NCBI GenBank assembly: GCA_051294375.1
Contig: CM119271.1
Location: 16,126,770 to 16,190,769, forward strand
Source: Paraspadella gotoi
Taxonomy: Eukaryota; Animalia; Chaetognatha
Direction of reading: 5' to 3'
DNA length: 64,000 nucleotides
Shown here: positions 37,310 to 50,895 of the stretch, one piece after another
Position numbering within the stretch: the stretch's first letter is position 1
Layout of the letters: the number at the start of each line of letters is the position of its first letter
Made by a program: the position numbers and the translations under genes
The notes under the pieces: generated by a model
What the model was told of the DNA's origin: nothing
The model's input: the letters and a program-made list of their open reading frames with translations, nothing else
Database searches by the model: none

Positions 37310-40300
37310 ATGGATCGCCTCGACCTCCGCTCTCTTCCTCCCGACGTGAGGGAGAAATTGGCGGAATTGGATCTGGAATTGTCCGAGGGCGACATCACGC
37401 AGAAAGGCTACGACAAGAAGAGGGCGAGGCTGTTGGCGCCCTTCGCCGCAGCCGCAGCCGCAACGACGCCGGACGTCGTTGGCGGCGCCGGAGGAGGAGG
37501 AGGAGCGGAGCAGGTAGCGAGCGATTGGCCGAGTTTGGTGGAAAAGGAGGGAAGCTTATGAGAAAAAATAAAAAAATACTTGAATAAAGTATAATATAAA
37601 AAATGATAAAAACAGGTAGGATTTTTATTATCATTGTCATTATTGCGTTATTCTTCAGCATCGGCAACAGCAGCAACAGCCTCAGCAGCAACCTCGCCGC
37701 GCGGACGGCGGCCGCGAGTCTCAGCCGCAGCGACAGGAGCCGAAGAAGCCGAAAGAGACGGCGAAGGCGAAGCGTCGAGCGTCGCGACGACAGACTTACG
37801 ACGAGAACCGATATCAAGCTGTTCAGCAAGCGCTGGTTCAATACAAGCAGCGGAGTCCGGCTTACCCGATGCCTTCCAAGAGGTTCTTTCAAATCACTTT
37901 TATTATTTAAGCACTTTGCTCCTCTCAATCTTCCTTTTAATCTTCAGGCAATCGAAGCGGCACACGGAACGCGCCGCCGAAGCTCAACAGGATTTGTCCG
38001 CCTCCTCCAGTTCCGACGACGAATCGACGCCGGGCGACGCCGCCGCCAACGACGACGCCGCCGCTAATGACGCCGGTTTTAACGACGCCTCGCCGGCGAG
38101 GTGCGTCAGGTCGTTACTTCTATTTTTTCTTTTTTTTCTCTTTTCTCATCTTTTTACTTTTTTTTTTTTCATTATTCTTTCTTCTCCCTCTTCCTCAACT
38201 TTTTTAAATCTGATTTTTGTTTTATAATCCCATCTTTTCTTCTTTATTTTTCTCTTTTCTTTTTCTTTTTTTCTCCGACTCTGTGAATCGTAACATTAAA
38301 AAGTTCGCTCTCTTGCGTCTCCCCATAAATTCTCGCAGCTAAGAATCATCCGAGTGTAAAGTCGTGTTTGCTTATTAAGTTTATAAGTTAAGTTAGCTAA
38401 AGCATGGATTTTTAAAGGATTTTAAACTTCAGTCCCGGCGAAGTGGAGCGAATGAACTTAAACGACAGCGACCATCGCGGCCACAACGTCGGGACCAACG
38501 GGAGTAACGTGAGTCGAACCAGCACGACGAGCGGAAGCTCCACCGGGAATATCATCACCACTACGACTGGTGAGGATCGCCAATGGAATTTGACTTCTTT
38601 AATCTCATTTACATATTGTCGTAGTTTAGATTATTTTTAATATTTTTTTAAATTGGGTTTTATTTGAAGTTGTATATTATTATTTCTGAGACGATTTATT
38701 GTATTTGTTACGTTATATGTTTTTAGTTTTTGTATTTATTTGTATTTATTCGTATTTATTCTTATTCCTCTTTCAGGCCAAACGCCGGCGTCTCCGCTTC
38801 CTCTTTCATATCCTAGTCCTCAGTCGGCGTCGTCGGCGGCGGCGACGAACGGCGTCGTCATCAGTCACGCGCCGCCCTCGGCCGACGCCGTCAACGTCAT
38901 CAGGTAAATTACATTTCTTTACATATCATTTTTTAATCAGTGTAGTTTTGTTCTTAATCGGTCGCTATTTCTTCAGTCGTTCGTTCTGGTTTTTTATTTT
39001 ACGGTTGCCTTTTTACCCTTGAGATGTTGTTATTCTTCAGATTTTTTTTGTGGTAATCAAGTTGCGTAGATTTTTATTCCTCTTTTAGTAGTTTAATACG
39101 TAGTTAAATACCACATTGAGCTGCTCGTTTACTGGTGGTATTACGTAGCTCAATGAGATCCGTTGCTCGTTTTAAAAGTTTCTTCTTCTGCACGCCTCGC
39201 ATGGAATATAATGAAGTAAATCTTTTTTTAAATTCTATAATTAAGAATATTGATATAAATAAAATGACCATCATCGTGTTCCGACTCTTGTCGAATCTCT
39301 TTCGCTGCTGCCTCCTTTCGCGAATGGAAGCGATACTGACTTTTTCGAAGACATCAGTGGGATCATCGGTCAACTCGACTCCGTGATCAGCCACTTGGAC
39401 GTGGCCGAAGCGCAAAGGTACACCAAGACCCAACTCCATCCCTCCAACTCCAGAAACAATTATCCAATATCCGTCCCTTAAGATTTCCGTCTCTTTTTCT
39501 CCCGCGAGCCAACGACGCACGTTTTAGGCCCGACTAGTTTTTTAGTTTGAAATTATTTGGGATGGGGAGAAGAGTCGAATCGGCTTGGCGGGGAAAAAAA
39601 ATTCGGTTGTACCGCTTTGATCGTTCATCCCAACGTCGACCGTCGAAGCTAAATGTCTCGCCCTCACTAACTCTGGTGAATTGTGGCAAAATTTTTATTT
39701 CGTTATATCAGCGTCAATCAATGTCAATCAAAGTCTTGGCTTTTCGGATCAGTTTTCGTTTCTGCTTTTAATTTTGTTTTCGTTTGAAACTTGGCTCTAA
39801 GCATAATCCGCTGATTTTTCGTTCTGCTGCGAATCTGCGATCGCGCGTTTCGTTAACAATCCATATTTTAAAACTAACTCCGATTTATTTATGATTAATA
39901 AATAAATCTCATTAATAATTTGAATAATTAATTAATTATTCTGACTGTTATCGAACAGAAATCATCGGGGATCGGCCGCTGCCCATGTAGCTGGTTCCGG
40001 GTCGGGCCCGGGAGACGCGCTCACCTACGCCATGCCCCTGGACGCCGTCGCCGCCGCCACCAGCAGCAGCCAGGGGTGAGGAAAAGGAGGAGGAGGAGGA
40101 CTGAGCAAAGAAGCACCTTGGGTTATTTTTCTTGATTCATCTCAACTTAGAACGCCTCATTAACATATGCATATTCTAGCAATGTAATTTTTCGAATTTC
40201 TTTAAGTTTGAAGTTTTATATTTGAGTGTACACTGTACAGTAGTTTTTGTAAGGTTAAGACATGTTTAAAGACAGATACGGTAAGCAAGTATTGAATTAT

Positions 40301-43300
40301 AATACGACACGAGTCCCTAAATATAACTTAAATAAAACCTCATCCAATGTCGACTTTCAGTTGTCAAGAATCGGCGCAGACGACGACGCCTCCCATCCCC
40401 TCCTCTTCCTCCGCGGCGCCCGTCGGCGTCCCTCCTTCGCCCCGAGGAACGTTGAGAAGGATGCTGGCCAAGACCGCCGCCAACGCCGCCAGTCGGGAGC
40501 AGGTTGGAGACTCAGGTTCTTACGTAATCTTATGTCACTTTGTCACGTCCCGTTATTCCTTCAGCAACAGGAGGAGCGTGGTTCGGCCGGGAGTCCCCTG
40601 GCGATCGTGGGCGGATCCTCGCGCGAATCTCACTACGGACGCGGAGGCCTCAACCCGCCCGACCTGACGTCCACGACGACGACGACGACCTTCAGACGTC
40701 AGGCGGATAGAATCATGAATCGGTGAGACGATCTGCTCTGCTCTTGTCAAATGACGAGTCCGTTAACGTGAAGCTAAGAGAGATATTCTTGAGAGGAAAT
40801 GTCAACTTGTATGCGGTTTTGGGAGGTTTACGGGATCTCGAATGGTTGTGCATTCGCTATCCAAATCTAGTGTTATTTATAGTTTCGCATGGCCCGACGG
40901 CTAAATCTGCAACCATTCGCATAAAGACGCTAAATAATTAACCTAGATTTTTATTATTGCTTTACAAAATAAAAATGGCCAACTCGATCATGAATCGGTA
41001 ATTACTTTTCCTTTAATCTTAGTCGTCGTTGGACCGAAATATTCAGAAAACGGTACGTGGTTTTTGTGAATAAAATAAAAGAACGAGTCGAAACTGGATG
41101 GAGTCGCTTGCTTTTTTCCGCCTCGTTTTGTCCCTTAATTAAATCGCTGTGAATATCATTATCGTCAGCGACTGGGTGGAGAATTGGGACTTAATTCCTC
41201 AACCGCGAAATGGGAGGGGAAATCGCAAATCCACTTTTAACCCAAAATAAAAAAACAACTGCAGTTGGCGCCGAAACTCGACGAATTTCCGAGAAATCAA
41301 TCGAAAAGTCAAAGTGTAAAACTGAAAACCTATTTTTTTTCTTCTTTTTTTCCCCTATTCTCTCCCACCCCCCAATCCGTCGTCCACTCAGGCGTCACTC
41401 CCGCGGGAATCAGTCGTCACAGTTGCTGCCATCCGAAGCCGGTGACGCCAGGGGAAAAGTCTCCGACAAAATCCAACAGCTGCTCAACACTTTAAAGGCG
41501 AGTTGGAGGGTGAGGGCCGAGGGGTTGGAGGAATGAAGAGAATCCAGTCATTATTTCTAAGATATTTTAAGTTACACTTTTTCTAATAAATCTCCGTATT
41601 TACGTATTTTTATTATTGAACCGAAAATAATTTCATTGACATAATTCCAAGTAAGGTCTCGCCATTGTAACTCAACCCTGATCCCAAGCGTGCGTGGATA
41701 AATGCTGCAATATGCAAATGCGATTGAATTACTCGATGTCATTTCGGATTGGATGTTGTGTTCATCACTTAGTGTGATGAGCGGGGTTTTCCCCATCTTT
41801 TTTTGCTTTTCCCCATTTTCTTCACCCTCCTTAACCTCCTTACCCATTTTCTTCCCCCTCCCACTAGCGGCCGAAGCGAAAGCCGATGTCCGAGTTTTAC
41901 ACTGACGGAGGCGAAGAATTGGAAAACGTTCCCTTGGATCCCAACGCCCCGAAACCCGAGGGGAGCCTCATCTCTCCGGCCGTCGGCGAGCAGCTCATCG
42001 TTCCCTCTGGTAGGCTTGGCTTGGCTTGGCTTGGCTTGGCTTGGCTTGGCTTCTTCTTCTTCTTTTTTTTTTTCTCTTTTCTTTTTCTTCTCATTCCAAT
42101 CATTCTCCCCCCCCTTTCCCCAAGGCCTTCCCCGGTCCCTCGAGGCGGCGGTGCAGCGTTACGGTCAGGCGACGTTCAAAGCCGGTTGCGCCACCTCGAT
42201 GGACGCGACTAACGGGAAGCCTGGATTCACTCTGACCTACGGCAAGCTTTACAGTCGGTCAACTAAGATCGCATTCTCGCTTCTGCACAAGGTGACGGGG
42301 AAATTATGAAATAATAAATCATAGTACAATCAACCTCAATGTATTAACATTAATAAACTGATTATAAAGGTCGGAGGCGGCGGCGCGACCCGTCTGGGAG
42401 GCGTGACCGGTGGCGCGGCGTCTGGACCCGGATGCTGCATCCAAGTTGGAGACCGCGTGGCTCTCGTTTATCCCAACAACGATCCAGTCTCCTTCCTCGT
42501 CGCCTTTTTTGGTTGCTTGACGGCCGGTCAGTTCTTAATTTTATAATAATACATAATTATAATTTATTAAAGAATATGGGGTGAATGGGGCGCTGAAAAT
42601 CGAACGATTCGTAGAGGATTTAATTCCTAACGCTCGATCGATCGTTCGCAAGCCTCGTTAAATCGGGGGAGAACTCGATTTTAGGGAAGGGACGCGTTTA
42701 ACGACCTCCTTAATTTTATAAACGACCTCAACCGAATTCGCGAGTCGTGACTCTCGAGTCGTTACCCGCGGGAAAATGTATTTCGCTTCGTTCGGAACCA
42801 AAAACCGTGGGAATATGAGAGGGGATTATGATTATGATGATGATTATGATGATAGAAATATAAAAGTACAAGTTTAAAAATCTGGAAAGATAAAAGCACC
42901 AACAAGATGACATTTTGGGTCGCGTTTTTCAAGCGACTAAAAAGAGAAAGTCTTAGCCTGAAGGAATATATTGGGAGGTACTTGTAGGAGAGAAGTATTG
43001 GAAAGTGGAAGGGAAATAAAGGTGGATGGGTTGTGCCCGAGTTTGGGGAATATTGGAAAATAAAATATGAGTTCACCCGGGGAAAGAAAATGTTTGGATG
43101 AAAAAAAATAAAAAAAGGAGCGAAATATTTGGAAAGAAGAAAGGGGAAGGGAGAAAAAAAGTAAACTGCGATATGATGATGAACTTTGGTTGAAAATGAG
43201 GTTGATGGGAAGAGGTGGATGAAAATTAGGATGGCAAGGTAGAGGTGGAAGAATGGTGGTTTTGAGGGTGGTTCGATGGACGAAGATTGGGATGGCAGGG

Positions 43301-43577
43301 TGGATGTGGAGGAATGGTGGTTGAGGGGGTAGATGGGAGGATGGGAGTAGAAGTGAATCTTGGGGAAGTGAGACACGTCTAGTTAAATCTAAAGGGAAAA
43401 TGGGTTAAGAGTTAAACGTAGAAAAGAAGAGAGAGAAACAAATTTCCATAAATAAATCCGTGAGAAGGGAATTGAAGCAAATCCTGTTGTTGTTGTTGTG
43501 GTTGTTGGAGCGAATCCAGTCGGCGACGAAATCGTTTTCTCTCAAGAGAAAATTTCTTTTTCGATGGAAAAACTCTA

Positions 43578-43657
<80 letters not shown>

Positions 43658-46600
43658 GAGACTCTTGGGGCTAAAAATAACTTTTGATGGAAGAATCCTT
43701 GCGCTATGGCGAAGCAGAAATTGTCGCGTCGCCGGGGGGGAGGGAAGGGCGGAGATGCGTGAAATTCACGAGGATTTTGTCGCAGAATGTTTCGTCAAAA
43801 ATCCTTGCAAAACAAAAAAAATAATGATGCTGACATTAGAAAATCATTGCGCTTTTATTTTTATTTTCCCTAGATGCGCCCGCTTTTTGGGTCGACCTTC
43901 AAATTTTAAAATTTTTCATCCAATTTTCAGTTTTCTTCCTCATTTTCCTTCTTTCTTCTCTTTTCTCAATTTCTTCGCGTCAATTTCTTATTTATTATTC
44001 AATCTAAAAATTGTATTCGACGCCTCTCACTCCCTCTCTCCCTTCTCTACCCCCATCTCCTTCATTTCACCCCCAGGGGTTGTACCGGTTCCGATCGAAG
44101 TCCCCCTGACGAAACGAGACGCTGGGAGTCAAGGAATCGGATTTTTCCTGGGAAGTTGTAACGTTTCCGTCGCGCTCACCTCCGAAGCCTGCCTCAAGGG
44201 TAAGTCACCCGTTGGAGAAATAAATTAAATAGTAATAATAAATTAAATCGTTCGAATTAACGATGGTGGGATTAGCATTAACTTTTGAGAAGTCCCGTTT
44301 AGTTTATTTTAAATGAGTCCCTTTATCGCATCTGCTTATTTTAGCTATTGGAACAATTTAATACGTAGTCTCAAATATTTTGATTCATTTTTCTTAGAAA
44401 CTTTATTTATTACGTCATGGCTACTTTTTATAATGTTTAATGATAATATTAAGGAATTTATACTTTTCCGTTTTTCTTTCTGCCTGATTTCGACGCCTTT
44501 TCCTTCCCTTTCCTTCATCAGGCCTTCCAAAGACATCGACTGGCGAAGTGATCCCTTTCCGCGGTTGGCCCCGCTTGACTTGGGTGACGACGGATCACAT
44601 GGCCAAACCGCCCAAGGATTGGGTTCCGCCCGAGCGTCCGCCCGACAACGCCCCCGCTTATATCGAGTACACGACTGCCAAGGACGGATCCGTCATGGGC
44701 GTCGTCGTCTCGCGGGCGCAGGTAAATTAGAGTCCGTCCGTCCGTCCGTCTCTATAAATCCATATTTAAATCCATCCGTCCGTCTAATCCAGCTCCTTTG
44801 CCACTGCCGGTCTTTGACCTCCGCCTGCAACTACACCGAAGGGGAGCAGATGGTCTGCGTTCTCGACTTCAAGCGTGAAGTGGGTCTGTGGCACGCCGTC
44901 CTCGCTTCCGTCTTCAACGGGATGCACGTCATCTTCGTTCCTTATTCGCTGATGAAGATCAATCCCGCCATCTGGATGCAGGTGAGATCGGGGGGGGGAA
45001 GAAATAAAAGAATTGATGAAGGAATGGGTGGGATTGATGAATGATTGAAGACAATTTTGCTTGCATCATTATGACGAATTTCTTTGTTTTAGAACTCAAC
45101 TTTTGAGATCGGATTTAAAGACTTTCATATTTTATTCGTCACCCTCCATCATTTGCTTCAGAATTGATGCATAAATAGGATAGTTGAATTTTGCTTCGAC
45201 GAGTTTTTAAAAGAAAACATACTGGAATTAAAATACTATACCTCATGAATTCAATAACAGCAATTGAAACGAACGTAAATAATAAGTTATGAAACCACTT
45301 AAACATAATTTTCTTCTTTCTTTTTCAGATGATCACCCGATTCAAGGCGGCGGTGGCGGTAGTGAAATCTCGGGACATGCATTGGGGTCTCTTGGCGCAA
45401 AAGGATCACAAAGACGTCAACTTGTCTTCGCTTCGGATGGTGTTGGTCGCCGACGGCGCCAATCCTTGGTCGCTCTCTTCCTGCGACGCCTTCCTCAACG
45501 TCTTCCAAACTAAAGGTCAGTTTAATTAAATATTAATTTAAACTATACAAATAAGCAAATATACAAATTTCCCCTTTTCACTCTTCCAGGCCTCCGCCCC
45601 GAGGCCGTCTGCCCCTGCGCCTCCTCGCCCGAAGGCCTGACGCTGGCGCTGCGCCGCCCCGGCCGAACCGGCGGCGCCACTACCGGCCGCGGAGTGCTCT
45701 CCATGCAGGGCCTGTCCTACGGCGTCGTACGCGTCGACTCTGAGAACAGCCTCACCTCGCTCACTCTGCAGGTGAGAAGACGTTTTGTCAATATGAATTC
45801 TTAGTCGTGAAGACTCACTTAAATTGACATGAGCCTCTTTTAGGACGTGGGCCAAGTGATGCCCGGATCCGTGATGGTCGTAGTGAAGATCGAAGGACGA
45901 GAGGCGGGGACGGAGAGACCGCGTCTCTGCAAGACGGACGAAGTCGGTGAACTCTGCGTCGCGTCCGGCGCAACGGGGAAAGAGTATTGGGTGAGGGAAC
46001 TCGCATCCTTTTCTCTCTATTTCATACCGGATAGAGGAAAGGACTCAAAGGAGCTTATTCCTGCCTTCTTTTTCTGCTAATCATTCTGAAAGATGAAGTG
46101 TTTAAATATTCCTCGTCGACATTCTTGTTCGTATCCCGAACTTGTGCCATTCGGCTTTAGGAAGAAACAATAAACTTGGTTGGAAATTTATTTCACTGTC
46201 CTTTTGAAAAAAATTAAACTTAAAAATACGTTATCTAATTTTCACCCGTTTGTTCGCTTCATTATCCTCCCACCTTTTCGAACCGTAATTACTACAATAT
46301 ACTAATGAGATTGATCACTCCCGAAACTTGCTATTTTTTCAGGCTCTTCCCGGTAAAACGAAGAAAGCGTTCGAAGTAACGCCGGTCGACGCCGCTGACC
46401 AACCCGTCTCACAACAGCCCTTTGTCAGATCGGGTAATAGTTAATTATTACTATTAATAAATTAATTATTTGTAATAATTCCAATCCGCCACCGCCAGGC
46501 CTCCTCGGATTCCTCGGTCCCGGTGGCCTCATCTTCGTCTGTGGGTCTCGCGAGGGACTCATGACCCTCAGCGGTCGACGCCACAACACGGACGACATCA

Positions 46601-49600
46601 TCGCCACCGTCCTCGCTGTCGAACCCATGAAGTTTATCTACAGGTGCGAATTGGGAATTGCCGACACCTGCCAGTGTGACAGGTGTTAACTTTTGCCGTT
46701 TCTTCTTCAGGGGCCGCATCGCCGTCTTCGCCACTCACGTCCTCAGAGAAGAGAGGATTGTGATCGTGGCTGAGCAAAGACCCGATTGTTCGGAGGAAGA
46801 GTCATTTCAGTGGATGAGTCGGGTCTTGCAGGTGAGTAAATCTAGAGTTTGTAAATAATACTTACAGATTATTATAATTTGATTCAATAAATCAGGCGGT
46901 GGACACGATTCACCAAGTGGGCGTGTATTGCTTGGCGCTGGTTCCGCCCAATTATCTCCCTAAGACGCCGCTAGGAGGAATTCACCTCTGGGAGACGAGG
47001 CGACGTTTCGAGGAAGGATCCCTTCATCCCGCCAACGTCCTCATGTGTCCGCACACTTGCGTCACTAACTTACCAAAGGTCGGGCATAGTTTAAGGATAT
47101 AAGGTCTCAAATATTAAATATTCTTATATTTAAAAGCATTGCATTGACTATAGGCCCGCGAGCACAACCATCCCGACGTCGGCCCCGCCTCTATGCACGT
47201 CGGCCAGATCGTTCAGGGGAATCGTATGGCTTCGGCTCAGGGAAGAGATCTTCAGGTAAAAAGGGAGTTTTAAAATGTGAAAGGAAAATAGTTATTTAAA
47301 TAAGGCCATCTTATACAATTTTAATTATTAATTAGTAGAAATAAGTTTGAATTTATTTGCAACAACGATTTTATTAGTACATAAGGACGTTGTTGCAAAT
47401 AAATTCAAACTTATTTCTACTAATCCAAACACAACGAAAAGAAAGGAAATTCGCTATGCCTAATTATTAATTTAACGAAATTGCGTTCAGGCGATCGAAG
47501 ATACCGACAACGCAAAAAAGTATCAGTTCCTCTCGGAGATTCTGCGGTGGAGAGCAAACACGACTCCTGACCACATTATCTATACTCTTATCAACGGGAA
47601 GGGACAAGAGGCTCTCAAGGTGACAACCGCGAATTTGAGATTAATATTGAAATCAAAACTGATAAAATTAAGGTTTAATACATTAAATTACATTTACATT
47701 ACTCTTCAGATAAGTTGCTCCGTGCTTCACAAAAAAGCCGAGAAAATCGGATGTCTCCTCCTCGATAAAGGGAGACTCAACACCGGCGACCACGTGGCTC
47801 TCCTCTTTCCGCCCGGCATCGACCTCGTAGCCGCCTTCTACGGATGCCTCTACGTCGGGGCCGTCCCCGTGCCCGTCAGGCCGCCACATCCGCAAAACCT
47901 CATCACTACACTGCCAACAGTCAGGTGGGTCGATCTTGACTGCGGGAGTCATCCGATCGTGCTTACTTTGGGTTCATTTTGAACGAGATTAAGTTCCTCA
48001 ATCTTATTTGCATATTGACGCAGCTTAGATTATTTCTCATATATTTTTGAATAAGTTTTCTTATGAGTCATAGTTTATAATTTTATCAATACATTGTATT
48101 TACAAAGGATTTTACACATTCTCCAATATTGTGTTCGAGTTATAACTGCTCGTTCCCCTTCCAGAATGACGGTGGAAGTGTCGAAAGCGCGGGCCGTCCT
48201 CGCATCCTCCTCAATCATGAAGATGTTGAAGAGTAAAGAAGCTTCGATCGTTGCAGGTCGCTTAGATTAGATTAGATTATGATGTATTATTATTGTTTCT
48301 CTTTAATAATAATTTGTTCTTTATTCGTAATAAAAACACTTATCTTCGTCCAATCAGATCCTCGAGCTTGGCCCACGTTACTCGACGCCGAAGATTTACC
48401 CAGGAAGAAATTAACGGCAATCTATCGCGCTCCAACGGCGGAGATGATCGCCTATTTGGATTTCAGTGTCTCCACTACAGGTTTTTCCCTTGACACTGTT
48501 GTTCCTTTTTCACTTTTGTTTCTGATGCTTTTTCCTTTCCCCTCAAATCCAGGAATGCTAGCTGGAGTCAAGATGTCTCACGCTTCGGGCACTGCGCTCT
48601 GTCGCTCGCTCAAAGTTCAGTGCGAACTCTACCCGACGAGGGAACTCATCCTCACTCTCGACCCTTACTCGGGCCTGGGTCTGTTGGACGAGACTCTTTC
48701 CTATCTTTTCTTCTTCTTTTCTTTAATTCATCCTCTCTATCTCTCTCTCCTTACAGGGTTCGTCCTCTGGTGCCTCTCATCCATTTATTCGGGTCATCAC
48801 TCCATTTTGGTTCCCCCGACCGACATAGAGGCAAATCCGTCGATGTACCTTCAAATTCTAAGTCAATACAAGGTAGTGAAAGCAAAAATCTTTTTTTAAT
48901 TATATTACCGGATCTTTTATTTAATTAATTAATTAATCTTTTACTTTTATTGCTTTTCCCTATCTTATCTTTCTTTTCCTTTCATTATATTTTCTTCTCT
49001 ATCTTCTTCTGTATTTTTTTTCCCTCTTTTTTTCCCCTTCTTTCATTCCCTTCCCTTTTTTATTTTTCCTTTCCTTTTTTTTCCATTTCATTCCTTTCAT
49101 TTCGTCTTTTTCCATTCCTATCCTATCCTTCCCTTTCTTTACCTTACCCTACTTTCTTCCCTTTTCCCTATTTCCCTTCCTTTTCCTTTCTTTTTTCTCT
49201 ATTTCATTTCCTTTCCAAATTGGAGGCCCGCGACGCTTTCTGCTCCTACAGCGTCTTAGAGTTGGTCTCGCGAGACTGCATGGCCACCGTCCCGCAACTC
49301 AAACAGAAAGGAATCAATTTGTCTTGTCTCAGGTAAGGAGAAAACCCTGACATAATGTTTAATAATCTGTTTAATATTTATCAAAACACTTCCCCCGCGG
49401 TCTCGAACTCAGGACCCTCGTGGTGGTTGCGGAAGAGCGGCCCCGCATGACTCTGACGACGTCCTTCACGAAACTCTTCTCCACCATCGGTGAGGATCTC
49501 ATTTTCTGGAATTGAATATAAATTCGTACTTAACCTAAATAAAATTAGATAAATATAATAACAATCCCATTCCTCCAGGCCTGTCTCCCCGCGTGGCGTC

Positions 49601-50658
49601 GACCTCCTTCGGTTGCCGCGTCAACGTCGCCCTCTGCGTCCAAGGGGCGTCGTGTCCCGACCCCACCGCCGTCTACGTCGATCAACGCGCGCTCAGGAAC
49701 GATCGAGTCGCGCTGGTGGAAAAGGGCGCCCCTCACTCCATCTGTCTCCTCGAGTCGGGCAAACTTCTGCCCGGCGTTCGAGTGGTCATCGCCAACCCGG
49801 AGACGAAGGGCCAATGCGCCGATTCGCACCTGGGGGAGATTTGGGTCGAGTCGCCGCACAAGTCAGTATTTATTAATCCTAATTTATAAATAATAATGTC
49901 AATTAGACTTCTTTTTAACAATGACTACATCATTCAACTCCAGCGCGAGCGGCTACTTCTCCATCTACGGCGACGAGTGCCTCCACGCGGATCATTTCGA
50001 CTCTCAGCTGGCGACGGGCGATCCTCAGCACATGGGCGTCATCTACGCGCGGACGGGATACTTGGGCTTCCTCCGACGGACCGACAATATCCAGGCCGAC
50101 GGATCCCGACATAACGCCGTCTTCATCGTCGGATCGCTGGACGAGACGATCATGCTGAGGGGTGAGATAGAGAGAGAGAGATATTGAGAAAGTGTCCGTA
50201 GTGAATAATAGAGCTGTGAATGATTGAGAAAACTAATAAAAACACTCGTTAGCTGACTTTACCCGTGACTCAATTAGTCATTTGCTAAAAGGTCTGTCTG
50301 CCATGAGAATATCTTACTTAAAAGATGCGCTAAATAAAATATTTTTTAACTCTTTGCTTTTGAGGATGTTAAGTTCTGAAAACCATGACTTGTGGAACTT
50401 TGTCAAGCGTTTCTTGATTCATTTGTTGACTTATGCTATCCCCCCCTACTTCCCTTTCTCCAAAAGGAATGCGTTACCACCCGATCGACATCGAGACGTC
50501 CGTCCTCCGCTCCCACCGCGCCATCTGCGAATGCGCCGTCTTCACCTGGACCAACCTCCTCGTCGTCGTCGTCGAACTCGACGGAAGCGAAAACGAGGCG
50601 CTCGACCTGATCCCGCTCGTCACTAACGTCGTGTTGGAGGAGCACTACCTCATCGTCG

Positions 50659-50698
<40 letters not shown>

Positions 50699-50895
50699 AA
50701 GAGAGAGAGAGAGAGAGAAAGATAGATATTGAGTGAAAGAGAGAAACCCCTTTTTTTTCCCATCCAGGCGTGATCGTGGTGGTTGATCCCGGCATCGTCC
50801 CCATTAACTCGCGAGGAGAGAAACAGCGAATGCATCTTCGCGACGGATTTCTCGCTGATCAACTTGATCCCATCTACGTCGCTTACAACATGTGA
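37310..50895 (+). CDS. DIP2: Disco-interacting protein 2 (DMAP1-binding domain + two AMP-binding/fatty acyl-AMP ligase-like domains), >30 exons
   Basis: LPPDVREKLAELDLELSEGDITQKGYDKKRARLL (37310-), KVSDKIQQLLNTLK|RPKRKP, VVPVPIEVPLTKRDAGSQGIGF, LDFKREVGLWHAVLASVFNGMHVIFVPYSLMK, VGVYCLALVPPNYLPKTPLGGIH, AYLDFSVSTT|GMLAGVKMSH, GMRYHPIDIETSV, and terminal GEKQRMHLRDGFLADQLDPIYVAYNM* (TGA 50893-50895). Confidence 0.97.
42012..42052. repeat. (GGCTT)n pentanucleotide microsatellite
   Basis: About 8 units directly after a DIP2 splice donor. Confidence 0.9.
43580..43656. repeat. (CT)n microsatellite
   Basis: Directly visible. Confidence 0.95.
47331..47424. repeat. Perfect 37-bp inverted repeat with 20-nt spacer in a DIP2 intron
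   Basis: attagtagaaataagtttgaatttatttgcaacaacg (47331-47367) is the exact reverse complement of 47388-47424. Confidence 0.95.

Noticed and set aside
42762-43376. 204-aa minus-strand ORF in a DIP2 intron
   Set aside because: Phe/Pro/Ser-rich translation of a purine-skewed low-complexity tract; no domain signal.
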